Virus record (IMG/VR): IMGVR_UViG_3300027712_000036
Span: 1-57,125 of that record
Reading direction: 5' to 3' (one strand)
Length of the DNA: 57,125 nucleotides
Origin: a virus
Lineage: Duplodnaviria > Caudoviricetes
Position numbers and translations under genes: made by a program. Below are positions 31,054 to 39,960 of the stretch, in pieces (the first letter of the stretch is position 1; each line of letters starts with the position of its first letter). Below the pieces are notes generated by a model. It ran no database searches and was not told the DNA's origin. It saw nothing but the letters and a program-made list of their open reading frames with translations.

Positions 31054-31530
31054 TTAGTGTTTCCATTCTCTGTAGATGTGTTGGTATTTATCATTGGTTT
31101 TAATATAATGTGATAGTAGTCTGGAGGTTGTTCTTGTAGGTTTAAAATACCAAAGATCTGTATGTTTTAATCTTGCAGAATCTTTAAACCACATCCATCC
31201 AAAGAAATATCCTTCTGTATGATAGTTGAAATTATATATGTATTTTCCTTTCTCTTTTGTCTTTTGCCAATCTATAGGAAGATTGACAAACTCATCACTA
31301 AGACCTTTTTTCTTTCTTCGCTTCTTCTTGTTAATAGAAAACTCTCCAAATCCAAAAGGAAGCTTAGCTTTTTCTCCAGTTTCTAATATATAGTTTTTGA
31401 AAGATTCATTATAAGAATAGATGATGTTTCTCCATTCATCAAAAGAAAGTTTTATAGATGAATGTTTCTTACAAAATACATTGTAGTTTTCTCTGCTAGC
31501 ACTTCTCCAATCTATATGAACTCTTGACAT
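31054..31530 (-). CDS. IHF/HU-like DNA-binding protein
   Basis: LPFGFGEFSINKKK motif, basic, IDW.KT; occupies the conserved crAss-like position between ring genes. Confidence 0.6.
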   Translation of the reverse strand: MSRVHIDWRSASRENYNVFCKKHSSIKLSFDEWRNIIYSYNESFKNYILETGEKAKLPFGFGEFSINKKKRRKKKGLSDEFVNLPIDWQKTKEKGKYIYNFNYHTEGYFFGWMWFKDSARLKHTDLWYFKPTRTTSRLLSHYIKTNDKYQHIYREWKH

Positions 31531-32258
31531 TATTTTCCTGCTGGAGCATTTGGTGATTGCCCATCTATTTGATCTTGTGTAAGATCTGTTTTCAATGCAA
31601 AATATGTGGAAAGAAGTTTTTGAGAAGTTAACTCAAGAACTTGTTTCTCCAGATAACCAGGGAGGGCATATTCCTTATCTAGAGGATTTTTGCAATAATC
31701 TTCGTCTGAAGGTTGAAAGTCTCCACATCCACATTCAGGATACATTATTTCATTTGGAATATCTTCCTCAAAGAAGGCAGCTATTCTAATTGCTTGTAAT
31801 AATGGATTACTAACATACAGATAGTCATTCATAATCCAATAATAGTATTCATTCTTTATAATAGGAAGTTTTAAAAGATTGATATATCTATTAACTGTAA
31901 TTTCTTTTAGCTTCTTACCTATTCCACTCATTGCATTAATTGAATACACACCTTGAATAAGGTATTGATAATTTCCTTCACAAATACGTGGAAGTTTATA
32001 TTTACTTCTTGCTATTGTACAAGGATCTACATATTCACAACATTCTGAAATAGGAACTTCCACCATCTCTAAACAAGGAATGGTGGTGAAGAGAGTTGAT
32101 GTAGCCCAAAGCTTTCTAAGATTTGTTTCTCTCTTAACAAGTAGGAGAGTGTTATTTCTAATTTCAGATGCAATCACACGATCTGTTATAAGATTGTCTG
32201 TAGACAAAAGTTTATGCATTGAGCGTACATCTGATACTAATTTTCTTAATGTTGACAT
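31530..32258 (-). CDS. Tail ring/tubular protein
   Basis: 242 aa; MSTLRKLV.DV, CLEM.EV, RSKYKLP, YLYV, EY.LP pattern; synteny. Confidence 0.6.
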   Translation of the reverse strand: MSTLRKLVSDVRSMHKLLSTDNLITDRVIASEIRNNTLLLVKRETNLRKLWATSTLFTTIPCLEMVEVPISECCEYVDPCTIARSKYKLPRICEGNYQYLIQGVYSINAMSGIGKKLKEITVNRYINLLKLPIIKNEYYYWIMNDYLYVSNPLLQAIRIAAFFEEDIPNEIMYPECGCGDFQPSDEDYCKNPLDKEYALPGYLEKQVLELTSQKLLSTYFALKTDLTQDQIDGQSPNAPAGK

Positions 32259-32263
32259 AATTG

Positions 32264-33499
32264 TTATATTCTTGATTCAAATTCTCCTATCTTTCCATAG
32301 ATAGGATCATATATAAGTGCTAATCCAGCTCTTATTGAATTTACAAAGTTATTATCTAGATGCCATCTATCTGTTCCTGATAATGAAGGCATTTGTTGTA
32401 TTCTCACTCCCTTCACTTCTTTAGCCATATAGTGATGTTTATCACCTGTATGTATCTCTCTATATTTAGCATTTCCAAATAAAACACTATCTCTACCTGT
32501 AGCAAACAATAGAGGAAGATCATCTATTTTACAATTACCATGATGATATCCAATAAATGTGTTTCCTATCATTATAGACTTAGTTGTAGAATGTTCTCTT
32601 TGGAAACTAATAGAAGATTCACTTTTAAAGAAAACTTCTAAAGCATGTGCAAGATAGAATGATTTAGTACGATCGTGATTACCTTGAACTAAAATCACTT
32701 CTATATTATCTGCATGAGATTTTAAATAACTAATTGCTGTAACTAAAAGATCAAACCCTTCCTCATATTCATTATCATATCCTATAAGTACATCCTGAGG
32801 AGTACCTGCTGTAGTTTGATTCTGATAGTTGTCTGTATGAAAAAAGTCATTTGATATAGGAAATACAATCTTATCTATATGAAAACTTATTCCTATTTTA
32901 TCTATAAGATCTATAAGAACATCTATGTATTGTTGTTTCTTTTCTTGTATTGTTTCTCCTTCTAATGTCTTTTTTGCTAAATGAAAATCAGCTATAGAGA
33001 TTTCAACATTAACCACTTTCTTATAAGAACCTTCTCTATTATATGTTAAATTTGAAATATTCTTTGGTGTATAGCTCTCAAGGAATTTAGAAAAGTCTTC
33101 AGCTGTATAATCCTTTGGTTTTCTGAGAGTTGCAAATACTGAACTAGTAAATTTACCATTTGATTTCTGTTTAGTCCAGTAGTTAGAAATCTTATACTTA
33201 TCTAGATTAATCTTATGTAGTTTAGCTAATTCAAGATCATCTTTAGGTTCAAATGTGGTTTCTATTGTAGATTCTAATGTACCCTTATCATTATTCACTT
33301 TCACTATTAGTTCCTCTAAAATAGTAATATAATCTCCAACCTCAGCATCATCTCTCACCTTATCTTTGGTTCTTAACTCTTTTAACAACTCATCAATCAC
33401 TTCTTCTACAACACCTAGTTTTTCTGCATAAAATTTTCTACTCTTTTTCCAATGTAACATTTGTTCTAATTGTTCTAAGAGATGCTGGTTTACTGACAT
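32264..33499 (-). CDS. Calcineurin-like metallophosphoesterase with N-terminal HTH-like segment
   Basis: ADFH, NDFFH, GNHD, HHG and GDKHH metal-ligand motifs in canonical order. Confidence 0.8.
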   Translation of the reverse strand: MSVNQHLLEQLEQMLHWKKSRKFYAEKLGVVEEVIDELLKELRTKDKVRDDAEVGDYITILEELIVKVNNDKGTLESTIETTFEPKDDLELAKLHKINLDKYKISNYWTKQKSNGKFTSSVFATLRKPKDYTAEDFSKFLESYTPKNISNLTYNREGSYKKVVNVEISIADFHLAKKTLEGETIQEKKQQYIDVLIDLIDKIGISFHIDKIVFPISNDFFHTDNYQNQTTAGTPQDVLIGYDNEYEEGFDLLVTAISYLKSHADNIEVILVQGNHDRTKSFYLAHALEVFFKSESSISFQREHSTTKSIMIGNTFIGYHHGNCKIDDLPLLFATGRDSVLFGNAKYREIHTGDKHHYMAKEVKGVRIQQMPSLSGTDRWHLDNNFVNSIRAGLALIYDPIYGKIGEFESRI

Positions 33500-33527
33500 A
33501 TATAGGCTAGATTAATTAAAAATATAC

Positions 33528-33560
33528 TAAAGATACGGTATTCTTTTTAAATATACCAAA
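33528..33560 (-). promoter_or_regulatory. Bacteroidota-type promoter
   Basis: Minus strand TTTG-N21-TATCTTTA, upstream of the phosphoesterase/tail operon. Confidence 0.65.
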
Positions 33561-33604
33561 TTAATTTAACTAATTTGATTATATAGTTTAACTAAACTAG
33601 TTAT

Positions 33605-33638
33605 AAATAAAAAACTCCCAGGGTAGAAACCCTAGGAG
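33605..33638 (-). terminator. Intrinsic terminator
   Basis: Minus strand CTCCTAGGGT-TTCT-ACCCTGGGAG stem followed by TTTTTTATTT, after ORF 33679-34878. Confidence 0.8.
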
Positions 33639-33678
33639 AGTACCCTGTAAAACCAACAAAACAGGATTTTTAATATTA

Positions 33679-34878
33679 TTAAACTTGTGTTACACAAACA
33701 TTATCTATAAATATATAATTAAAACTACCAAATCTGCAATTGTCAGAAGCACTTATTGCAAATAAGGTATTATCTGCACATGTTAAAGTTAGATCAATAG
33801 CAGTTGTTCCAAAAGTACCTATCCATGGAGATGTAGTTGTACCAGCTGAAACTTGAACAATTGATTGATCAGGACCACATCCACCATCTATTATAGTAAG
33901 GTCAAATGTTATTCTGTATGTGCTTCCTGGTGTAAGAATATTTTGTCCTATTGATCCTATAACATCTCCACCATGCCATGCAGCAGAACCTCCATAATCA
34001 GGAACCCATATCCAAGAAGGCTCTCCACCTAATATCCATCCATCAAGATTTGCATCAAATGTAGGATTAGCATTTAAACATGTTACTTCGGTAACACAAA
34101 CATTATTTACAAATAATATAGTTGGGTCTTGTACTCCTCCATTAATGCCAAATATTCTAAAAACTCCATTTCCTGTACAAGTAAGAATAATATCAACTTG
34201 ATGAAAACCATCAGTATTTGGTAAAGCACCAGAATCTGCAGTACCAGCAAAAACTGCTATGTTATTAAATCCCATATTATTTACAAAATAATAATCAAAT
34301 GTAATTCTATATGAAAGGCCTACAGTTAATATATTTTGGCTTAAATTTCCACCTCCATCAGCTGCATTATATACAGCTGAACCACCATAATTAGAACTCC
34401 ATAACCATGCATCAGCATCAGGAAGTATTGTCCATCCACTGAGATCAGTGTCAAATGTAGGATTAGCATTCAAGCATCTAGCAAATGGATTAGTTGTAGT
34501 AGTAGTAGTTGTTGAAGTACTTGTACTTGTTGTACTAGTAGAAGTGCTTGTTGTTGGTGGTACTGTTGTAGTGGTGGTGGTTGTAGAAGTGGATGTTGAT
34601 GTTGTAGAAGTGGATGTACTTGTGCTAGTTGATGTAGAACTACTTGAAGATGTAGTGGTTGTAGTGTTAACAAGAAGTATAATGTAATTTACACATCCTG
34701 ATACAGACTGCACTTTTATTGTAGTGGTTCCATCAAGTACAACTGCTGTATATCCAGCTAACATAGTTGCTTTACTAACTCCTACTGCAAATGCAGATGT
34801 ATAACCATCTACATCTGAAAAGAGAGCAAATGGTCCTGCATCTGTTCCAACTACAGTTAATGTTATTAATACATTCAT
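33679..34878 (-). CDS. Fibre/decoration protein: N-terminal beta module, T/S stalk, two tandem CBM-like jelly-roll domains
   Basis: Two ~130-aa repeats, each starting CLNANPTFD..L.GW, containing QNILT.G.[ST]YRITFD and ending NVCVT.V. Confidence 0.6.
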   Translation of the reverse strand: MNVLITLTVVGTDAGPFALFSDVDGYTSAFAVGVSKATMLAGYTAVVLDGTTTIKVQSVSGCVNYIILLVNTTTTTSSSSSTSTSTSTSTSTTSTSTSTTTTTTTVPPTTSTSTSTTSTSTSTTTTTTTNPFARCLNANPTFDTDLSGWTILPDADAWLWSSNYGGSAVYNAADGGGNLSQNILTVGLSYRITFDYYFVNNMGFNNIAVFAGTADSGALPNTDGFHQVDIILTCTGNGVFRIFGINGGVQDPTILFVNNVCVTEVTCLNANPTFDANLDGWILGGEPSWIWVPDYGGSAAWHGGDVIGSIGQNILTPGSTYRITFDLTIIDGGCGPDQSIVQVSAGTTTSPWIGTFGTTAIDLTLTCADNTLFAISASDNCRFGSFNYIFIDNVCVTQV

Positions 34879-34890
34879 TTATTATTGGTT

Positions 34891-35853
34891 TTAACAAGCT
34901 CCATCACCAAGTAGTATTGTGAAAAGAGAAGAAATTGGTACTGAGTCATTTACAAGTATACCAGGTAGTACAAAGTTTCCATCTCCTGGTAAATCTATAC
35001 AATTTAGTGTACCAGCTGAATCAATGATTGTTATATGCTGTGGTCCTGATGTACCCACTACTGAAACTGTTACAGTGTATATACCATTTAAATACATTGA
35101 GTATGCATCTCCTTGTGGTATAGGATAGATTGCAGGTGCATCTAATGGTAATTGTGTAATATCAAATTTTATATTGCTTATAGTTGTTCCAAGATTTGAA
35201 ACATTTGTTATATATATAAGTGTTTGAGCAAAACATCCTTCACCAAGTTCTAATGCTGTTACACCAACAGGAAGAATAAGTGAATTTCTTAAAGCACATA
35301 ATTGTTTAACTTGTACTCCTGCTAAGTTTGTACTTTTTAATGTAGATGTACAATCTGTAAACTGTATAGTTTCATTTGTTATATTTTCATTAGTTATCTC
35401 ATATGTAACACATACAGGAAGTGATGTAGATGTTGTTGTAGTACTACTAGTTGATGTAGATGTACTGGTGGATGTACTTGTAGAGGTACTAGTGGATGTT
35501 GATGTACTTGTAGATGTACTTGTAGATGTAGAACTGCTTGATGTAGTTGTAGTGCTAGGTACTGGTATACAAGTATTTACAAATGTACAAAATATATTGT
35601 TTAGAGAAGGATTTGTAGATAGAGCTGAGAAAAAAGCCATAGCTATATTCTCAGGACTTAATGCATTATCAATATGTTGTAATGCTAAAGTGCTACTATC
35701 ACATGTGCCTATATCTATATTTGGTAGGTTAGCTCCTGTATAGGATACTAGATCTGTACTTGTTTTATGTACATGACATGGATCAATTCCACATCCTCTT
35801 GGGTAAACTACACGTCCACCACCATAACAAGGCATACCAGGAATACAAGACAT
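34891..35853 (-). CDS. Tail fibre-like protein with T/S stalk
   Basis: N-terminal YTG.NLP...I.T.DS anchor-like domain, ~45-aa T/S repeat, Cys-bracketed module and C-terminal beta domain. Confidence 0.55.
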   Translation of the reverse strand: MSCIPGMPCYGGGRVVYPRGCGIDPCHVHKTSTDLVSYTGANLPNIDIGTCDSSTLALQHIDNALSPENIAMAFFSALSTNPSLNNIFCTFVNTCIPVPSTTTTSSSSTSTSTSTSTSTSTSTSTSTSTSTSTSTSSTTTTSTSLPVCVTYEITNENITNETIQFTDCTSTLKSTNLAGVQVKQLCALRNSLILPVGVTALELGEGCFAQTLIYITNVSNLGTTISNIKFDITQLPLDAPAIYPIPQGDAYSMYLNGIYTVTVSVVGTSGPQHITIIDSAGTLNCIDLPGDGNFVLPGILVNDSVPISSLFTILLGDGAC

Positions 35854-35872
35854 CTATTGTTGATTTAAATTA

Positions 35873-37018
35873 TTAAGGAATATACATTATATAATAGCAA
35901 GCATAAACAGGTTGCTTATTATCATGTGCTCCACCACCACCTTGTGAAGCATTTGTTACACCAACTGATATTGTTGTAGGACTAGTTTTTCCTAATGTAG
36001 GAACTGTAGTGCTTCCAGAAGCAAAATAATCAAGAGCACCAGCACCTGTTAATTCTCTAGCTGTATAATTTGTAGCAGATACAACAGGAGCTCCACTACC
36101 TACAACACTAGTGTTAAATATAAAGTGATCATGAGAACTAGGTGTAACCACTGTTGTAGCAGCATGTGTATGAATAGGCATTTGAGGAACATCTAATACA
36201 ACAGAATTAGAACCAATATTATTAGTTCCTAATGTATAGTTTGGATTAAATACTGGATTCACTGCAGGATCAACTGTTGGAGAAAGTCCACCACCAAACA
36301 TTCCATTGATTGCTGTAACAAGAACTCTACCTCTAAGATCAGGAGTACCATTATTACCATTACAAAGATATATTTTATCAAATCCATTTGCTAAAAGACC
36401 AGCTCCTGTATTATCAAAGTTACCATTAGATCCAAAATATGGAACCACTGAATAAGGAACCATCCTTGCATTATACTGTGTTGTTGGAGTTAAGCTATCA
36501 AGATATGCCTGAATAAGAGTGTTAAGATTAGCACTTAGTACATATCTAAAATCTGCTTCTAAAACAAATGCACAGAATGCATCAATTGTAGCTTGTAGAA
36601 TAGCATGTGTTCCACTATTTGCACTTACACCTGTAAGACAGCTTACATTATAATTAGCCTCAATTACATCTACTTCAGCTTGTACATTAGTAACGTTATT
36701 ACTAACTATAGTAATTTGATTTTGTAAATCACAAGCAGATTTAATAAGGGCTTCAAATAAAACAGTGGCAGTGATATCACCACATGTTGGTAGATACTTA
36801 GTTACTATCTCACAATATGATGCTTGTGGAATTGTAATTACAATACCAGAACCATCTAATGTAGATGTAAGAAAAGTTATTAGAGCTTGCTCCACATAAG
36901 AAAGAGAATCTCCAGTTTTAATTCCAAGAACAGGAATATCTATTCCTGTATATCTAATACATCTGTCAGAAACTATTTCTGTACAGCCATTATAACAATT
37001 AGAACAATTAGTGCTCAT
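35873..37018 (-). CDS. Tail fibre with phage tail-collar domain
   Basis: YLCNGNNGTPDLRGR, G.N.V.L...QMP.HTH and AH.N.QP...C.YIM are tail-collar/short-fibre signatures. Confidence 0.75.
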   Translation of the reverse strand: MSTNCSNCYNGCTEIVSDRCIRYTGIDIPVLGIKTGDSLSYVEQALITFLTSTLDGSGIVITIPQASYCEIVTKYLPTCGDITATVLFEALIKSACDLQNQITIVSNNVTNVQAEVDVIEANYNVSCLTGVSANSGTHAILQATIDAFCAFVLEADFRYVLSANLNTLIQAYLDSLTPTTQYNARMVPYSVVPYFGSNGNFDNTGAGLLANGFDKIYLCNGNNGTPDLRGRVLVTAINGMFGGGLSPTVDPAVNPVFNPNYTLGTNNIGSNSVVLDVPQMPIHTHAATTVVTPSSHDHFIFNTSVVGSGAPVVSATNYTARELTGAGALDYFASGSTTVPTLGKTSPTTISVGVTNASQGGGGAHDNKQPVYACYYIMYIP

Positions 37019-37284
37019 TATTTAAATTTTAAAAGTTTAACTCTACTAGCAATCATCTCAACAGTGTATGCACGAGCATAATCTTCATTACAAAGTTTAT
37101 ACGTTAGTATTCTTTTGTAATTTAAAAGATCATTTATTGCAACTCCTGGTACAGGACGATTAAGGATAAATACAACATTATTATATAGATTGTTAGATAG
37201 CTCAAAAAGCTTGCAGTCTATATCTGTTAAAAGTGCAGATATACTAGAACATTCTATACAATTTGTAAGTCTGGGTGATAACAT
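37018..37284 (-). CDS. Small structural protein (tail hub B-like), 88 aa
   Basis: The start is more plausibly MLSPRLTNCIEC at 37284 than the track's 37341, because the extension overlaps the 50-aa Cys-rich ORF; synteny. Confidence 0.5.
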   Translation of the reverse strand: MLSPRLTNCIECSSISALLTDIDCKLFELSNNLYNNVVFILNRPVPGVAINDLLNYKRILTYKLCNEDYARAYTVEMIASRVKLLKFK

Positions 37285-37396
37285 TTTTAAATCGTTTAGT
37301 TCCTTGTTTAATAGCAGCATTACATGCTGAACAAAGGCCATTAATTAATTGACATCCACAGCCAAATTTTGCTCCACAATTTTTACAGTTTGCCAT
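37244..37396 (-). CDS. 50-aa Cys-rich (Zn-ribbon-like) basic protein
   Basis: Manual translation: MANCKNCGAKFGCGCQLINGLCSACNAAIKQGTKRFKNVITQTYKLYRMF*. Starts 1 nt after the upstream stop. Confidence 0.7.
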   Translation of the reverse strand: MANCKNCGAKFGCGCQLINGLCSACNAAIKQGTKRFKNVITQTYKLYRMF

Positions 37397-37397
37397 A

Positions 37398-37955
37398 TTA
37401 TTGAAAGTTGGTTACATAATTATTACCAGAACAATGACAATCAGATTTAATAAAATTATTTAACATCTTATTTGCCTGATTGTATAGTTTGTTTGCTTGA
37501 TCAACAGCACAGTTATTTGCAGCTGCAATTGCTCCCTGTATGAAGAAATATATACTATTCAACTCAACTTTTGATTGTGTTTTAATAGCAAGGTCACATT
37601 CCATCATATCAAGTTTCATAAATGCAGCATCAAACTTTTCTTGTAATTGTTCAACACGAATTATTGTTCTATCTACATAGTTTATATATGCAGGAGTGAT
37701 TGAATACTTTAAATAGTAAACTCCATCAGGAATTGGTAAAAGATCATCAGTAGGTCCTGTTATACCTAATATTGTAGAATTAAATAAATTAAAATCGTTG
37801 GGTACAAATGGAAGAGTGACTATTCCAAATCCTGGAACAGTTATTTCAATTGTAGGAGCAGATGGGGTTGATGGATATGTGGATGCATCAGCAATGCCTA
37901 ATGTTAATGTATTATATGTAGGAACTACTAATATATCTAATTTTAAGTCTGCCAT
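37398..37955 (-). CDS. Tail hub A-like structural protein
   Basis: 185 aa; I.DAS.YP, IEITVPGF and PDGVY.LKYS motifs; synteny after the auxiliary capsid gene. Confidence 0.55.
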   Translation of the reverse strand: MADLKLDILVVPTYNTLTLGIADASTYPSTPSAPTIEITVPGFGIVTLPFVPNDFNLFNSTILGITGPTDDLLPIPDGVYYLKYSITPAYINYVDRTIIRVEQLQEKFDAAFMKLDMMECDLAIKTQSKVELNSIYFFIQGAIAAANNCAVDQANKLYNQANKMLNNFIKSDCHCSGNNYVTNFQ

Positions 37956-37970
37956 ATTATTTAAAATAAT

Positions 37971-38012
37971 TATGCCAGAGGATTGAGTTTTAATCCTCTC
38001 ACCTCTGGCATA
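37971..38012 (-). terminator. Strong intergenic hairpin (partial terminator or mRNA stabiliser)
   Basis: 11-bp inverted repeat TATGCCAGAGG/CCTCTGGCATA downstream of the auxiliary capsid gene; weak U-tract. Confidence 0.55.
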
Positions 38013-38037
38013 GGTTATATGATTTCTACTTTTCTTC

Positions 38038-39201
38038 TTATGGAATCAAAGTAGATGTTGTTGAAGTTGAAGGCCATACTGTAGTGGTACTAGATGTAGT
38101 TGTTATACATATATTATCAGCAGATACAGTATCCAAAGCAGCTTCTAATATTGGTTGAACAGTAGCAGTTAATGCTTGAGGCACTGCAATGATCACCATA
38201 GAATCTTCCATGATATAATCACCCCACTGATAAGCTGATCTATCATAATTATTGAATTTAATATAGAATGTATCATATGTAACACCATCAGTTACCCAAG
38301 ACTCAAAGTTCTCATTGTAACCAACCATTCTATAAAGATGCTTCAAATATCCAGCTTGGTAGCTGTAATAGTTCTTCTCTAATTGTTGAATCTCAGTAGA
38401 TTGACCAGTTGCATAAGATGAACGCTGTGTGATAATTGGAGTTGCTACAAGGTTACAATTGTCAGCAACAATAAAGTCAGCTGTAGTTGCAGGACCAGAA
38501 TAAACGAATGTTCTAAAATACATTCTGTCATATTCGTAAGGAAATGCAGCAACATCACAAGGTTGACCATAAATAGTTAAAGGCTTACCAGAGATACGTA
38601 AGATTGCATTCTCATCATTACCAACTCTTTGGAATTGATAGAAATTGTTGAAGCTAATGTTATCAGGGTTGATACCAGGTGCTTGTTGTGTAAGCTTAAG
38701 AATGAAAGAATCAATCAAAGCAGGAACATCAACAGTAGTACAAGGATCTCCACCACAATCACAGCAAGGAGCTTGAACAGTTACTGAACGTGTGAAACCA
38801 TTGAAATACAATGTATCGATGTAAGATGAATGTGCACGAAGTGTAAGAGTTACAACTTCACCACATTTAGCTGTCCAACCAGATACATCTGTTACTTGGT
38901 TTGCAGGAGTAGAACAACCTACTACAGCATACCATTCTGTTACATTGTTTCTAGCATTACCACCTGAACTTAAAGCACCAGCAATCTTATCAGAACGCTT
39001 AGAACCTTGAAGATAAGTGTTAACTCTACCTTGAGCAACATAGAAATAAGGAGAAGTACCAATTGTACCTGCTGTAGCAAATGTGTAATCATTTAAGAAA
39101 AACCCCACTTGACCAGGAAGTAAATCTTGCGTAGAACCAGAACTAGCAATTGCACTGCCACTGGGAACTACGAAGAGCGTAGTTAATGAAAAATCAGCCA
39201 T
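38038..39201 (-). CDS. Auxiliary capsid/structural protein
   Basis: 387 aa, beta-rich, high-expression-like codon usage, T/S-rich tail; third gene after the MCP, as in crAss-like phages. Confidence 0.55.
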   Translation of the reverse strand: MADFSLTTLFVVPSGSAIASSGSTQDLLPGQVGFFLNDYTFATAGTIGTSPYFYVAQGRVNTYLQGSKRSDKIAGALSSGGNARNNVTEWYAVVGCSTPANQVTDVSGWTAKCGEVVTLTLRAHSSYIDTLYFNGFTRSVTVQAPCCDCGGDPCTTVDVPALIDSFILKLTQQAPGINPDNISFNNFYQFQRVGNDENAILRISGKPLTIYGQPCDVAAFPYEYDRMYFRTFVYSGPATTADFIVADNCNLVATPIITQRSSYATGQSTEIQQLEKNYYSYQAGYLKHLYRMVGYNENFESWVTDGVTYDTFYIKFNNYDRSAYQWGDYIMEDSMVIIAVPQALTATVQPILEAALDTVSADNICITTTSSTTTVWPSTSTTSTLIP

Positions 39202-39228
39202 TTTATTTATATTTAATTGTTAAAAAAA

Positions 39229-39960
39229 TTATTCGTTTGTTTGTATTCTGTATGTAGCACTTTGAACAGCAGATTGATTTTCTGTGTACATTGCTAAGTT
39301 TTGAACTGTAAGATCTAAGAGTTCATCTTCCAAATAGGTTTCAAGTTCACAATCTTGATCAAATGATGGAAGACCATCTAACATTATATATCCATCTTTA
39401 TTTATGTATTGAGGATATCTCATGTAGCTTATGTATATTTTAGTTGGTATAAATTCACCATCTGTAAATATAGATATTTCATCAGAGGACAGAAAGTTGA
39501 ATGTTTCTTGATATTCAAAAGATGGTCTGTAGTGAACATTGTTTAAACAAAACTGAAGATCACCATGTTTAGCCAATTCTCTATTTATCCAAATTTTTCT
39601 ATCTTTACATCTTCCTTTATCAGCTAATACATAACTATCAATATAGAACATGTATTTTGGTGTAAGAAGGTGTATGTTAGCAGCCCATTGGTTCAATTCA
39701 GCGTTCTTTACAAAAAGATCTAAAGGTTGCTTATTGTATGTTACAACAAGGCTCTGTAGGTCCTCATAACGCTTCTTGAAAGCATCAAGTCCTAATCCAG
39801 AATTTGTACTTTGACCATCAACTTTTTGTTTTATCAACTTAATCTGAGCTTCATTCAAAGCTAAGATTTTATCTTCCAGTTGAATTTGTTGATGCTCATT
39901 AGTTGATAGTTTATTTAGTTTTTGATCTATTTTATATAATAAACTATCTACTGGTATCAT
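39229..39960 (-). CDS. Tail ring/head-tail connector protein
   Basis: LNEAQ...IKQ, KRYEDLQSLV, YMRYP and CEL..YL..ELLDLTV pattern of crAss-like ring proteins. Confidence 0.6.
   Translation of the reverse strand: MIPVDSLLYKIDQKLNKLSTNEHQQIQLEDKILALNEAQIKLIKQKVDGQSTNSGLGLDAFKKRYEDLQSLVVTYNKQPLDLFVKNAELNQWAANIHLLTPKYMFYIDSYVLADKGRCKDRKIWINRELAKHGDLQFCLNNVHYRPSFEYQETFNFLSSDEISIFTDGEFIPTKIYISYMRYPQYINKDGYIMLDGLPSFDQDCELETYLEDELLDLTVQNLAMYTENQSAVQSATYRIQTNE

Noticed and set aside
24566-35743. Val/Leu-rich plus-strand ORFs (24610, 34448, 35468) and Gln/Leu-rich alternate-frame ORFs (24566, 34470)
   Set aside because: Shadows of the Thr/Ser repeat codons, which lack stops in other frames.
21887-38105. 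Diversity-generating retroelement or invertase shufflon acting on fibre genes
   Set aside because: No reverse transcriptase, recombinase, TR/VR pair or inverted cassettes are visible in the window.
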